This document shows, piece by piece, positions 20,322-29,288 of a stretch of 64,000 nucleotides of DNA; the stretch's first letter is position 1, and each line of letters opens with the position of its first letter. Below the pieces are notes generated by a model that saw nothing but the letters and a program-made list of their open reading frames with translations, ran no database searches and had not been told where the DNA came from. Location: the NCBI GenBank assembly GCA_026418695.1, contig JAOAAU010000148.1, forward strand, positions 16,354-80,353, in the 5' to 3' direction. This DNA comes from Clostridia bacterium. GTDB taxonomy: Bacteria; Bacillota; Clostridia; Acetivibrionales; JAFADI01. The translations under genes and the position numbers were made by a program.

Positions 20322-20336
20322 TGAGAATTATTATCA
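20322..20336. promoter_or_regulatory. Fur box 2 (TGAGAATtATTATCA, one mismatch)
   Basis: 7-1-7 motif just upstream of the -35 element. Confidence 0.6.
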
Positions 20337-20355
20337 TTTAAATTTCAATAAAGTT

Positions 20356-20403
20356 GGGGACGGTTCTTGAATTTACTCTCGTGTAAATTCAAGAACCGTC
20401 CCC
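20356..20403. repeat. 48-nt palindromic element, copy A (probable terminator of the amidase gene)
   Basis: 21-nt arms GGGGACGGTTCTTGAATTTAC / GTAAATTCAAGAACCGTCCCC with loop TCTCGT. Begins 4 nt after the amidase stop. The arms recur at 26761-26808. Confidence 0.7.
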
Positions 20404-20407
20404 GTTT

Positions 20408-21439
20408 TTACATTGCTTTCATTGCTTTTAATACAGCGTTTTTCAATGCTTCGGCTGCTTTGTTTCTGTACTCCTGTGTGTTTAGCTTTGCAAGCTCGGC
20501 TCTATTGGACATATATCCCACTTCAGCAATAACAGCCGGCATGTTGGCATTTCTCAATACTGCCAGATTGGGGCGTTGGATAACCCCAAGCCTCCCTGAC
20601 CCCAGCGTGCTTGTAAGTTCATTCTGGACAATTTCGGCAAACCGTCTGGCAGTCAGATTTCCGTTTGAATTGGTATCGCCTGGGTAATATAACGTCATCG
20701 TCCCGGTAGTTCTGCTGCTCCCGGCATTATTATGAACGCTGACCAAAACGTCTGCATCCACCCCATTGGCCAATTCAGCTCTTTCATAGAGTCCGAGGGT
20801 GGAATCCCCTGTTCTGGTCATATAAGTTTTAATGCCCTCAGCCCTTAGCATTTCCTCTAAAGTCTTTGAAATCTGGAGATTCAGATCCTTTTCATAGACC
20901 CCAAAATAATTTGCTCCGACTTCTTTACCGCCATGCCCGGCATCAATGACCACTTTAAACCGTCTGTCTTCGTCGCCTCTGGATACCGGCGGCTCTTTTT
21001 TATTGCTAATAATGTTCACCGCACCATTGGTCGGATCCCATGTAACCTGAGAATTCATCGCCTCTGCGATAAATCTCACAGGTACCATGGTGATACCATT
21101 CACCAGCCTCGGAGCGACATCCAGTTTTTTCAATACACTATCCACATAGACCCTGTTGCTTCCCAATCTCATACTGATCATGGTACCAGGAGTAGATATT
21201 TTTATGGATGTGCTTACCGGATACCATTGAACATTTGCTTCAAACTTTTCGGATACTGCCCTTACCGGAACCAAAGTTCTTCCCTTAACTATAATTGGAT
21301 TTTGCTGCAGTTCCAGTCTTTCTCCGTCAACATAGATTCCGATCCCTCTATTTCCTGTCGTATCTTGTGCAGCAGCAACTGTATTGATACAAGATAGAAT
21401 AATGCTAAAAACAATGCTTAGTATGATTACCTTCTTCAT
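20408..21439 (-). CDS. N-acetylmuramoyl-L-alanine amidase with copper-amine-oxidase-like N-terminal repeats
   Basis: Signal peptide MKKVIILSIVFSIILS. Two stalk repeats (RTLVPVRAVSEKFEANVQW, ITMVPVRFIAEAMNSQVTWD). Amidase_3 core VVIDAGHGGKEVGA. Start at ATG 21439 (GGAGG). Confidence 0.85.
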   Translation of the reverse strand: MKKVIILSIVFSIILSCINTVAAAQDTTGNRGIGIYVDGERLELQQNPIIVKGRTLVPVRAVSEKFEANVQWYPVSTSIKISTPGTMISMRLGSNRVYVDSVLKKLDVAPRLVNGITMVPVRFIAEAMNSQVTWDPTNGAVNIISNKKEPPVSRGDEDRRFKVVIDAGHGGKEVGANYFGVYEKDLNLQISKTLEEMLRAEGIKTYMTRTGDSTLGLYERAELANGVDADVLVSVHNNAGSSRTTGTMTLYYPGDTNSNGNLTARRFAEIVQNELTSTLGSGRLGVIQRPNLAVLRNANMPAVIAEVGYMSNRAELAKLNTQEYRNKAAEALKNAVLKAMKAM

Positions 21440-21559
21440 GTGACCTCCCAATCTCAAATCACGCCCTTTGGTTTACATAACACTTCATAACAATATAAAA
21501 ATATCCCGTACGTATTTATTTACACCATACAGGATAAAAAAACAACTAGAAATATTATG

Positions 21560-21859
21560 TTATCCTTTAAACATCTTCCTTATGGACGGAAACAGCCAGA
21601 ATCCAGCAATCATACTAATCAGACATGCAGAAAGGCCGGACATTAACGGGAGTATGGTAAAATACAGCTCTTTTATAGTAACTTCGGCATGATCATTCAG
21701 GAGTTGAAATGTTTTTATCATCCCGAAAACAAAGAAAAATGCTACCCCTGTCAGCTGAAAAATAAAATGCTGCTTCAATAGATTCACAATGCATCCGGAT
21801 ATGAGTACTACCAGGAAAACTGCAAGGGAATAGGATACGGATAGGTTTATTTCTGCCAT
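21560..21859 (-). CDS. Small membrane protein (99 aa, about 3 TM helices)
   Basis: Hydrophobic segments. ATG follows AAAGGA with a 9-nt spacer. No family recognised. Confidence 0.5.
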   Translation of the reverse strand: MAEINLSVSYSLAVFLVVLISGCIVNLLKQHFIFQLTGVAFFFVFGMIKTFQLLNDHAEVTIKELYFTILPLMSGLSACLISMIAGFWLFPSIRKMFKG

Positions 21860-21930
21860 GTCTCATCATCCTTTGTATATAATTTACCATATATTGTAAA
21901 TTATATATTCAAGATATGCAATAGCATTTC

Positions 21931-22911
21931 CTAACTGCCAACATACTTTGAAGATTCGGGGTAAACGATTTTTACTTTCACTTTCCTGCGCCCGAACTTC
22001 TCCATTTCCTTAAAGGCAGACTCTCCAAAGAAGATATCAATAATCCTGCCTTTGACCAACCTCCCTGTATCCTCTGCATAGTACCATCCACTTAAATGGG
22101 TGTAAGGTTTTTGAAATTCTATATGCAGCTTGCTTCCAAGAGGGATCACTGTTGGATCCACCGCTACAGTCCTTCCTTTAATCGCTCTTTTCCCGCTAAA
22201 GGTGATTCCGTATTCGGGATGCCCTGGGTACTTACCGCAGCTCTCGAAGGATAAGTCATAGGCAGTAGCCGTAAACTCACCCTCCTTTAACATTTCAAGG
22301 CTTGCATTCTCCATAATTTTATAATCTCTGGCAGGTAAAGAATTCACTGTTACTTTATGAAAGATTTCAAACAAGGCATCTTTCTTTTCAGCACGGCTGC
22401 TCTCGCCAAGCCGCATTGAAAAAGCCGGCTGTACCTGCTTTTTACCCAGCTTGTTTTCAGCCTTCTTTGTCAAAGCCTCCTTTGGACTGGAGGCCATTAC
22501 AATGCTTTCCTTCGCCGCCCCTTCATTCCTTGCGAGCTTCTTTTCCTGCTGATCCACCACCATTGCAAGCAGTGGATCTCTCTTTTCAAGCTTAGTCCTT
22601 GTATCAACACGCATTGGAAAGGACAATTGTGCTTGATGACCCTGATTGCTTTCTCCCTTGTTTGCAGGGGGATTCTTTTGGTTTGAAGCTTTTTTAACTT
22701 CCTCCTTATCCGGAGCCGTGTCCTTTGACTGACTTTCTTCCTGCTTGTCCGTAACCTTGTTTTGAGTTGATTTGGAGATTTCTGCAGCAGGAATATTCTT
22801 ATTTTCCTTATTCAGCGCGCCAAATAAGAATACAATAAGAACAATGTCGATCAGAACAATCTGAATCAAAATGATAGATATGAGGTGATAAGAAGAAAGT
22901 TTTAACTTCAT
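21931..22911 (-). CDS. 3D-domain cell-wall protein (YuiC/StlA-like C-terminus)
   Basis: N-terminal TM helix, a K/E-rich linker with a duplicated motif of about 23 aa (QAQLSFPMRVD..EKRDPLL and QVQPAFSMRLG..EKKDALF), and a C-terminal 3D domain GRTVAVDPTVIPLGS...AEDTGRLVKGRIIDIFF. Confidence 0.75.
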   Translation of the reverse strand: MKLKLSSYHLISIILIQIVLIDIVLIVFLFGALNKENKNIPAAEISKSTQNKVTDKQEESQSKDTAPDKEEVKKASNQKNPPANKGESNQGHQAQLSFPMRVDTRTKLEKRDPLLAMVVDQQEKKLARNEGAAKESIVMASSPKEALTKKAENKLGKKQVQPAFSMRLGESSRAEKKDALFEIFHKVTVNSLPARDYKIMENASLEMLKEGEFTATAYDLSFESCGKYPGHPEYGITFSGKRAIKGRTVAVDPTVIPLGSKLHIEFQKPYTHLSGWYYAEDTGRLVKGRIIDIFFGESAFKEMEKFGRRKVKVKIVYPESSKYVGS

Positions 22912-22926
22912 AGCCCCACCCGAGAA

Positions 22927-23439
22927 CTAGATTTTTAGAACATTTTTGATTTTGCTGCAGTAGTATTGTATCACAAGAGAATATACGTAATCGTATATAA
23001 GGAAAGCTGCCTCAGCGAAAACAATCAAAATCCACCAGGGAAATTTCACACTCACTTCAGGCAATATAAATGTTTTGACTGAAATATATAAAAAAAACAA
23101 AACGATGTTAAAATATACAAATTTCAATATGTATTCCAACCACAGCTTATTCCGCTTTTCTATGTAAAACTTGATGATGCCGTAATTGCCAAAAAACAGA
23201 ACGTACGGGATGAGGTTCATTTTGTCCTGTACAATGATCAGAGAAAGCAAACAGGAGGCGATGTAAAAAGTCCAACCAGCCGTGAGCCCAAATTCCATAA
23301 TGACTACAGAGACAAAAAAAGAACTCAAGGCATAGAATGCCAATCTGTTGGTTGGTGCAATGGACTCAATAAACAGACATAGGACTGTTAAAGCTAACAG
23401 AACTCCGCTCAGGCTCAGCCTTTTTGCATGTTTGTTCAT
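22927..23439 (-). CDS. Polytopic membrane protein (170 aa), unknown function
   Basis: 5 predicted TM helices. ATG follows GAGGA with a 7-nt spacer, 12 nt after the J-protein stop. Confidence 0.6.
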   Translation of the reverse strand: MNKHAKRLSLSGVLLALTVLCLFIESIAPTNRLAFYALSSFFVSVVIMEFGLTAGWTFYIASCLLSLIIVQDKMNLIPYVLFFGNYGIIKFYIEKRNKLWLEYILKFVYFNIVLFFLYISVKTFILPEVSVKFPWWILIVFAEAAFLIYDYVYSLVIQYYCSKIKNVLKI

Positions 23440-23451
23440 ATTCTCATCCTC

Positions 23452-24078
23452 TTAGCAGCACTCGATAAAATCCCCGCCCATACATTCGCAGCAGCAGTCG
23501 GAACACCACAAGCACTGGCACATGGTACACAAATCCGGTCCCCCGCGATTGTATCCTCTGCCGAAGGCAGCTCCCCTGTATCCGCTGTTGTTTGTGTTCA
23601 GCCGGTTTAAAGCGTCCCTGTATTCAAAATTTCCCGGATCCATATTCACCGCCGTCTGAATGCTGGCATAAGCCTGGTCGTACCATCCTTTTCTGAGGGA
23701 AATGAGACCTTTGAGATAATGCCACTGTGCTGTCCGTTCTGAAGTACTGTTCAACATTTCTTCTGCCATGCCGACATTGCCGACATTGATCAGATTGCGG
23801 ACACGGTTATAAAAATCGCTGTTGTTTTGATTTCCCCATTTACTATAACCGTTTCCGGCAGCAGGCTCATTTTTCGAGGACGCATTCTTCACAAGATAAT
23901 CATAGGCTGTATTGATTTCTCTGAGCTTATCTTCAGCCAGTTCCGATAATGGATTATTCTGATATTGATCAGGGTGGTATTTTTTCACCAGTTCCCTGTA
24001 TGCTCTTTTGATTTCCTCTTCGCTTGCGCCTTCTTTAATACCTAAAACTTCATACGGATTTCTCAATTTCTTCTGCAA
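23452..24078 (-). CDS. J-domain protein with TPR-like middle and C-terminal cysteine string
   Basis: J domain [32 protein letters not shown]. The tail is [25 protein letters not shown]. The start is uncertain (TTG 24078 or TTG 24066). Confidence 0.85.
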   Translation of the reverse strand: MQKKLRNPYEVLGIKEGASEEEIKRAYRELVKKYHPDQYQNNPLSELAEDKLREINTAYDYLVKNASSKNEPAAGNGYSKWGNQNNSDFYNRVRNLINVGNVGMAEEMLNSTSERTAQWHYLKGLISLRKGWYDQAYASIQTAVNMDPGNFEYRDALNRLNTNNSGYRGAAFGRGYNRGGPDLCTMCQCLWCSDCCCECMGGDFIECC

Positions 24079-24125
24079 CTCCTTGCTTTCTGATTATCGT
24101 TCCAGTAAGTGCTCCTATTATTGCA

Positions 24126-25031
24126 TTATGGTGCTTTGAGTTCCCGAAAATCCTTCCCGCTGCACGAGCAATTCGAGATTTCCAGAACCTGCTCGGTTTT
24201 TCTCAGCATTCCCATGAATATTATATTTTCAACAAGTCCTGCATTCTTATTCATGGTCAGGAGTTGATATGCTTTCGCAATTTCACTCAAAGCGTAGATT
24301 AAATTAAACTCCACTTTTTCTCTGATTCTGTTTTTAAATTCAGTAATCGTTTCATTCTCATATTTGAATTGAAGTTTCAGCGGATTATATGTCTTCCCCT
24401 TGATGTCCTTTTCCAGATCATCAAACGCATCCAGAATGTATAACCATTTTCCCATATTATAGCCGATCCACTTCAATATCTTTTCTGTTTTGTCCTGCCG
24501 GCATAAATCGGGGAAGGCGATAATTTCCTCCATCAGCCTTGCAAAAGGCTCTGCTGCCTGATCCATGGAATTGCAGCCTTCTTTCTCCAGCGTATGCAAT
24601 TCTTTCAGTCTCTGCTCTATTATACCACACTTCGCCTCATACTTGCCACGGAGTTTTTTAAATATGTTTTGAAAAGCAACCATTCCGAAAGCCGCCGGTA
24701 GGGACCTTTCATCCTCACGGTCATCCCATAGCTTATAATAGGCCAAAAGGATATTCATATCAGCCGCATAATCGGTCCAACTGCTCTCTTTAATAATATT
24801 TCTTTTTTTAAAAGGGTGCGCAATACAAGATTCCCTTCTAATTTTAAGCGGTTCGTCTGATATTGAAGAAAGCAGAAGTGCAAGGAAGGTTGCATCATAG
24901 GTCAGCGCAAGCCTCGAAATTTGTCCGTGTCTTGCTCCGATAGATTTGCACACGCCACAGTAGTATGCCTTGAAAAGCTCATACTCTTTAATCTTCAGTT
25001 CCGGTTTTTCCGGCAGTATATATCCAAACAT
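24126..25031 (-). CDS. Conserved hypothetical CxxC protein (resembles the DUF5685 family, from memory)
   Basis: MFGYILPEKPELKIKEYELFKAYYCGVCKSIG at the N-terminus. Start placed at internal ATG 25031. Family assignment is from recollection only. Confidence 0.55.
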   Translation of the reverse strand: MFGYILPEKPELKIKEYELFKAYYCGVCKSIGARHGQISRLALTYDATFLALLLSSISDEPLKIRRESCIAHPFKKRNIIKESSWTDYAADMNILLAYYKLWDDREDERSLPAAFGMVAFQNIFKKLRGKYEAKCGIIEQRLKELHTLEKEGCNSMDQAAEPFARLMEEIIAFPDLCRQDKTEKILKWIGYNMGKWLYILDAFDDLEKDIKGKTYNPLKLQFKYENETITEFKNRIREKVEFNLIYALSEIAKAYQLLTMNKNAGLVENIIFMGMLRKTEQVLEISNCSCSGKDFRELKAP

Positions 25032-25252
25032 TTCGTCACCCGAGGTAAAGTTAATCATTCCCTGAGTCCGAATAAGCTTCCTATTGCTTACCGGATTCCC
25101 CATCGTTCTGGTACAATATCTCAATCATAGCATAGTATTTTCAAGTAATAAAGCAGTTTATATCTTTGTACTTTTGCTAGTCCGTTTTTTGAGTTACAAT
25201 ATGGAATATATAAGCATTCAGACTCTAAACCGATTATCTGGAGGAAATCATC

Positions 25253-26638
25253 ATGGGAATACCTATAGCATCGACTTATTTGAAGGATCTATACCTCACG
25301 TTCAACGCAATTACTGTTTACAAGGGGCTTCTGCAGGATACAGTCATTCAAAGGCTTTATGTTCTTGTCCAATGTTTATCCCGTGAAGATTTTGATATTC
25401 ATCATGCTTTAGATTTATACAGCAGCTTTTTTTATTCACTGCTCAGTTCAGGGGAAAACGGCACCGCCTCCGTTAAGGAATATTTGCTTCAAAAGCTGCT
25501 TTTTGATGATAACTTTTTCTCAAGAACCTGTGAAACCGTCGACTTTGTTAGTTTAAACCAGGAGTTGATCTCGGCTGTTCAAAGTGATTTATTCTGCCTT
25601 CAGCACATCTCCTCTGTTTCATCCAACCAAATCAAGGAGGTTTTGTTGAAATACTGCAATGGTGACGATTTTAAAACAAAACTCGTTAGTTCCCTTCCTT
25701 CCTGGGATTCTTCCGACGAAAAGAAGATTAAAAAGGTCTTTTCGGAGCCAATTCTCGAAAAGTTCTACGGTCATCCATCCTGGACAGAATTCACACAAGA
25801 CCTGCATGAGTTTTATCAACGGAATGGAAGCGGTATATTTGCTCAATTCAAATCCTTTCTTTGGGAACGTATTCACGGTCAGGGTCATTTAAAAGGGATC
25901 AATGACGCCGATCCCATCCGCTTGAAGGACCTGATCGGTTATGAAGCTGAACGCAGCGAAGTGATCAGTAATACCCTCCAGTTCTTAAAGGGGTATCACG
26001 CAAACAATATGCTTCTCTATGGAGATAGAGGCACAGGCAAGTCCTCCACCGTCAAAGCGGTCATGAATGAGTACTATTCACAGGGGCTTCGCCTCATCGA
26101 GGTTCCCAAGATGTACCTTTCGGATTTCCCGGAGATCATCCGGCTGCTGAGAAACCGAAAACAGAAATTTATTATTTTTGTAGATGATCTTGTTTTTGAA
26201 GATAATGAAGAAAACTATACGACATTGAAAGCTGCGCTGGAAGGCGGAGTGGAAGCGAAGCCGGAAAACGTGCTCATTTATGCCACCTCCAACAGAAGGC
26301 ACCTGATTAAAGAAAAATTCAGTGACCGGTTAGGCCTGCAGTCGGGGAATCATGATGATGAAGTACGTTCAGCCGACACAATCCAGGAGAAGCTGTCTTT
26401 ATCGGACAGGTTCGGGATCACGGTCGTCTTCTCTTCCCCAAACAAGCAGCAATATCTTGAGATTGTAGAAGGGCTTCTCCTTCAAAGAGGCCTTGTATTT
26501 GATAAGGATACCGTTGCCAAGGAAGCGCTGCGATGGGAGCTTTGGTATAACGGCAGGTCGCCTCGAACTGCACGGCAATTTGTAGATTGGCTGGAGGGTC
26601 AGGATAAATTATTGAAGAGAGTAAAAAGTAGGGAGTAG
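25253..26638 (+). CDS. P-loop ATPase (AAA-like; resembles DUF815-type ATP-binding proteins) with an N-terminal extension of about 200 aa
   Basis: Walker A LLYGDRGTGKSS, Walker B FIIFVDDL. GGAGG lies 8 nt before the ATG. Confidence 0.75.
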   Translation: MGIPIASTYLKDLYLTFNAITVYKGLLQDTVIQRLYVLVQCLSREDFDIHHALDLYSSFFYSLLSSGENGTASVKEYLLQKLLFDDNFFSRTCETVDFVSLNQELISAVQSDLFCLQHISSVSSNQIKEVLLKYCNGDDFKTKLVSSLPSWDSSDEKKIKKVFSEPILEKFYGHPSWTEFTQDLHEFYQRNGSGIFAQFKSFLWERIHGQGHLKGINDADPIRLKDLIGYEAERSEVISNTLQFLKGYHANNMLLYGDRGTGKSSTVKAVMNEYYSQGLRLIEVPKMYLSDFPEIIRLLRNRKQKFIIFVDDLVFEDNEENYTTLKAALEGGVEAKPENVLIYATSNRRHLIKEKFSDRLGLQSGNHDDEVRSADTIQEKLSLSDRFGITVVFSSPNKQQYLEIVEGLLLQRGLVFDKDTVAKEALRWELWYNGRSPRTARQFVDWLEGQDKLLKRVKSRE

Positions 26639-26760
26639 AAAGAATAATGAAAAGTGAAGAAAGAAGCAAGAAGAATTGAAGTTTAATATCCGTGGAGGCT
26701 AGCCTGCTGGCTGATTTTGAATCTCTAAAATAAGAATTCAAAAGCTTGGCAATTAAAATT

Positions 26761-26808
26761 GGGGACGGTTCTTGAGTTTACTGGATAGTAAATTCAAGAA
26801 CCGTCCCC
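26761..26808. repeat. 48-nt palindromic element, copy B (probable bidirectional terminator)
   Basis: Arms GGGGACGGTTCTTGAGTTTAC / GTAAATTCAAGAACCGTCCCC with loop TGGATA, flanked by AAAATT and AATTTT. Lies in the convergent gap between the ATPase gene and pgsA. Confidence 0.7.
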
Positions 26809-26856
26809 AATTTTACGATTAAACTATAAAAAGTTAAGAGTTGTGACTGGCAAACA

Positions 26857-26894
26857 TAAAAAAGAGCTTGATTGTAAGTTTATCAAGCTCTTTT
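26857..26894 (-). terminator. Intrinsic terminator of pgsA
   Basis: Stem AAGAGCTTGAT / ATCAAGCTCTT, followed on the minus strand by TTTTTTAT. Confidence 0.6.
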
Positions 26895-26933
26895 CACATA
26901 TAGTTCTAATATTTTCTTATTACTCTCGATCTG

Positions 26934-27470
26934 CTAATTTGAAGTTTTTCGAATTTTCCTGTACTCAAGTGAATACATAAAGAATGCATATAAAGCAAAC
27001 AAAACTGCAATTCCTGTGGCCAAATCGATGATGATTGCGCTATGCCGAACTTCAAAGTTCTTTAGAAGAAATGCCATCACAATCACGCAATAGAAAATGA
27101 CTGTGGCCAGCTTTCCATACCAATTGGCGCTTACAACAAAGTTTTCCTTCTTATAAAGTGAAATACTACCCAAAACCATAAATATTTCTTTTGCAACAAC
27201 TATAATCAGGAAAACCATCGGCATCAGTCCCTGCATCGTCAGCAAAACCATTGCCGTCAGCTGCATCAGTTTATCTGCCAAAGGATCTGCAAGCTTTCCA
27301 AAGGATGTGATCAAATTGTATTTCCTTGCTATATAGCCGTCCAGAATATCTGTAATCCCGCCCAACGTGAATAATAAGACTGATATGTAGTATTGCTCCA
27401 TGTATAAATAATACGCGAAAACAGGTATTATTATAAACCTCATTACCGTCAGAATGTTGGGTATATTCAC
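26934..27470 (-). CDS. pgsA: CDP-diacylglycerol--glycerol-3-phosphate 3-phosphatidyltransferase
   Basis: IPNILTVMRF and the CDP-alcohol motif DILDGYIARKYNLITSFGKLADPLADK. GTG start. Confidence 0.9.
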   Translation of the reverse strand: MNIPNILTVMRFIIIPVFAYYLYMEQYYISVLLFTLGGITDILDGYIARKYNLITSFGKLADPLADKLMQLTAMVLLTMQGLMPMVFLIIVVAKEIFMVLGSISLYKKENFVVSANWYGKLATVIFYCVIVMAFLLKNFEVRHSAIIIDLATGIAVLFALYAFFMYSLEYRKIRKTSN

Positions 27471-27601
27471 CGACTCACCACCTGATTCAAATTTGGCAAA
27501 TTAAGTTTAACACACTTTTACTTTATTTTGCAATGCTACATAACAAATATTTATATCCACCATGGTTTTTGCTCGCAAAAGGGAGAATGGTTTATGATTC
27601 T

Positions 27602-28015
27602 CTAGATTGCGGAACTAATCAACTGATAGATCTCAGGCGAGTGCTTTTTAATGTTCAGGGGCCTTAAATTCTTGTCCGTCCATACATGAACTGTTTCCCC
27701 TGTTGTTATTATATTGGGTTCACCATTCTTATATACCTCATAGAAGAAAATAACCCTAGTGTTTGTAATTTCCTTGAGCGTTGTCCGGACCGTTACTTCA
27801 TCCTCATATTTTGCAGCGCCCTTGTAGGCACACTTCAATTCGATCAGAGGAAGGAGAAAACCCATTTCTTCCATTTTCGAGTAAGGCATCCCCATATTCT
27901 TTATAAACTCGGTTCTTGCCGCTTCAAACCAGACCGGATAGTTGGAATGGTGAACGATCCCCATCCGGTCGGTCTCCGCATACCGGACTGTAATGTGTGT
28001 CTCCGATGTCATCAT
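27602..28015 (-). CDS. Acyl-CoA thioesterase, 4HBT/YbgC family
   Basis: VRYAETDRMGIVHHSNY hot-dog fold motif, 137 aa. Confidence 0.8.
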   Translation of the reverse strand: MMTSETHITVRYAETDRMGIVHHSNYPVWFEAARTEFIKNMGMPYSKMEEMGFLLPLIELKCAYKGAAKYEDEVTVRTTLKEITNTRVIFFYEVYKNGEPNIITTGETVHVWTDKNLRPLNIKKHSPEIYQLISSAI

Positions 28016-28031
28016 ATTTGACCCCCAGGTA

Positions 28032-29003
28032 TTAAAGAGATAATATCTTGCTGAGATTAATCATATCTTCGTCCATAGTTTTCTTTGTATCCAGGGCTTC
28101 ATTGATTTCGATCCCTACAACCTTGTTATCCCGCAAGGAAACAATCTGGTTCACAACACCGTTTTTCAGCAGTTCAATAGCCTTTGCACCCATCATGCTT
28201 GCCATGACCCTATCACGAACCGTCGGGCTTCCACCTCTTTGAATGTGACCAAGGATTGTAGCACGAGCTTCTACGCCTGTCTTTTCTTCAATGGCTTTTG
28301 CAATTTCAATTGCACCGCCGACTCCCTCAGCAACGATTACGACATAATGCTTTTTCCCTCTGTTTCTACCCTCTATGATCGGCTTGATGATGTCCTTATT
28401 GATGTCAAATTCCTTTTCAGGAAGAACGACGGCCTCTGCACCGCCGGCAATTCCGACATTGATTGCAATATATCCTGCATGTCTACCCATTACTTCGAGA
28501 ACACTGCATCTTTCATGGGAATACGCTGTATCCCTGATTTTATCGATGGCATCCTGAACCGTATTCATCGCAGTATCATATCCGATGGTGTATTCCGTAC
28601 AGCCGATATCATTGTCAATAGTTCCGGGAATCCCGATAACACTCATCCCAAACTTGCTTAAATCCCGTGCGCCACGATAAGATCCGTCTCCGCCAATGAC
28701 AACGATAGCATCAATACCGAACACTTTAGCCATGGAAATTGCTTTCTTAACACCTTCTTCGGTTACAAATTCAGGACATCTGGCTGTCTGAAGAATGGTT
28801 CCGCCTCTATGAATGATATCCGATACCGAACGAAGGGTCATTTCGGTAATGTCCCCATGAATCAGTCCGTTATACCCTTTCCGAATCCCCATCATTTTAA
28901 AACCATGATAGATTCCGGTTCTTACAACGGCACGGATTGCTGCATTCATTCCCGGTGCGTCTCCACCGCTTGTTAATACTCCTATGGTTTTTATCTCATT
29001 CAT
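28032..29003 (-). CDS. pfkA: ATP-dependent 6-phosphofructokinase
   Basis: IGVLTSGGDAPGMNAAIRAVV, IGGDGS, PGTIDND. Confidence 0.95.
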   Translation of the reverse strand: MNEIKTIGVLTSGGDAPGMNAAIRAVVRTGIYHGFKMMGIRKGYNGLIHGDITEMTLRSVSDIIHRGGTILQTARCPEFVTEEGVKKAISMAKVFGIDAIVVIGGDGSYRGARDLSKFGMSVIGIPGTIDNDIGCTEYTIGYDTAMNTVQDAIDKIRDTAYSHERCSVLEVMGRHAGYIAINVGIAGGAEAVVLPEKEFDINKDIIKPIIEGRNRGKKHYVVIVAEGVGGAIEIAKAIEEKTGVEARATILGHIQRGGSPTVRDRVMASMMGAKAIELLKNGVVNQIVSLRDNKVVGIEINEALDTKKTMDEDMINLSKILSL

Positions 29004-29069
29004 AAATAACCTCCGTTAAATAATATTAAACCCGTGTTGGATTTCCCAACCACGGGATGATATTTAAAA

Positions 29070-29267
29070 TTAATATCCTTTTTCTATGATAACACTGTGA
29101 GCTTCTTCTACCTCCGACTCTGGAACTAGCACTTCAAAATAGTTATCGTTATTTTCATGATTTTTACTAACCGGTCTCAGCTTGACAAGAATTCCTTCCT
29201 TCGTAAGCAAGTCTTGAAGCTTGGTGGCAATCTCCTTACTTTGAGCCATATATACTACAGTCCACAT
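29070..29267 (-). CDS. Small hypothetical protein (65 aa)
   Basis: ATG follows AAAGGGG. Its composition looks like a compact alpha/beta fold. No family recognised. Confidence 0.5.
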   Translation of the reverse strand: MWTVVYMAQSKEIATKLQDLLTKEGILVKLRPVSKNHENNDNYFEVLVPESEVEEAHSVIIEKGY

Positions 29268-29288
29268 AAAAGCACGCCCCTTTATTCA

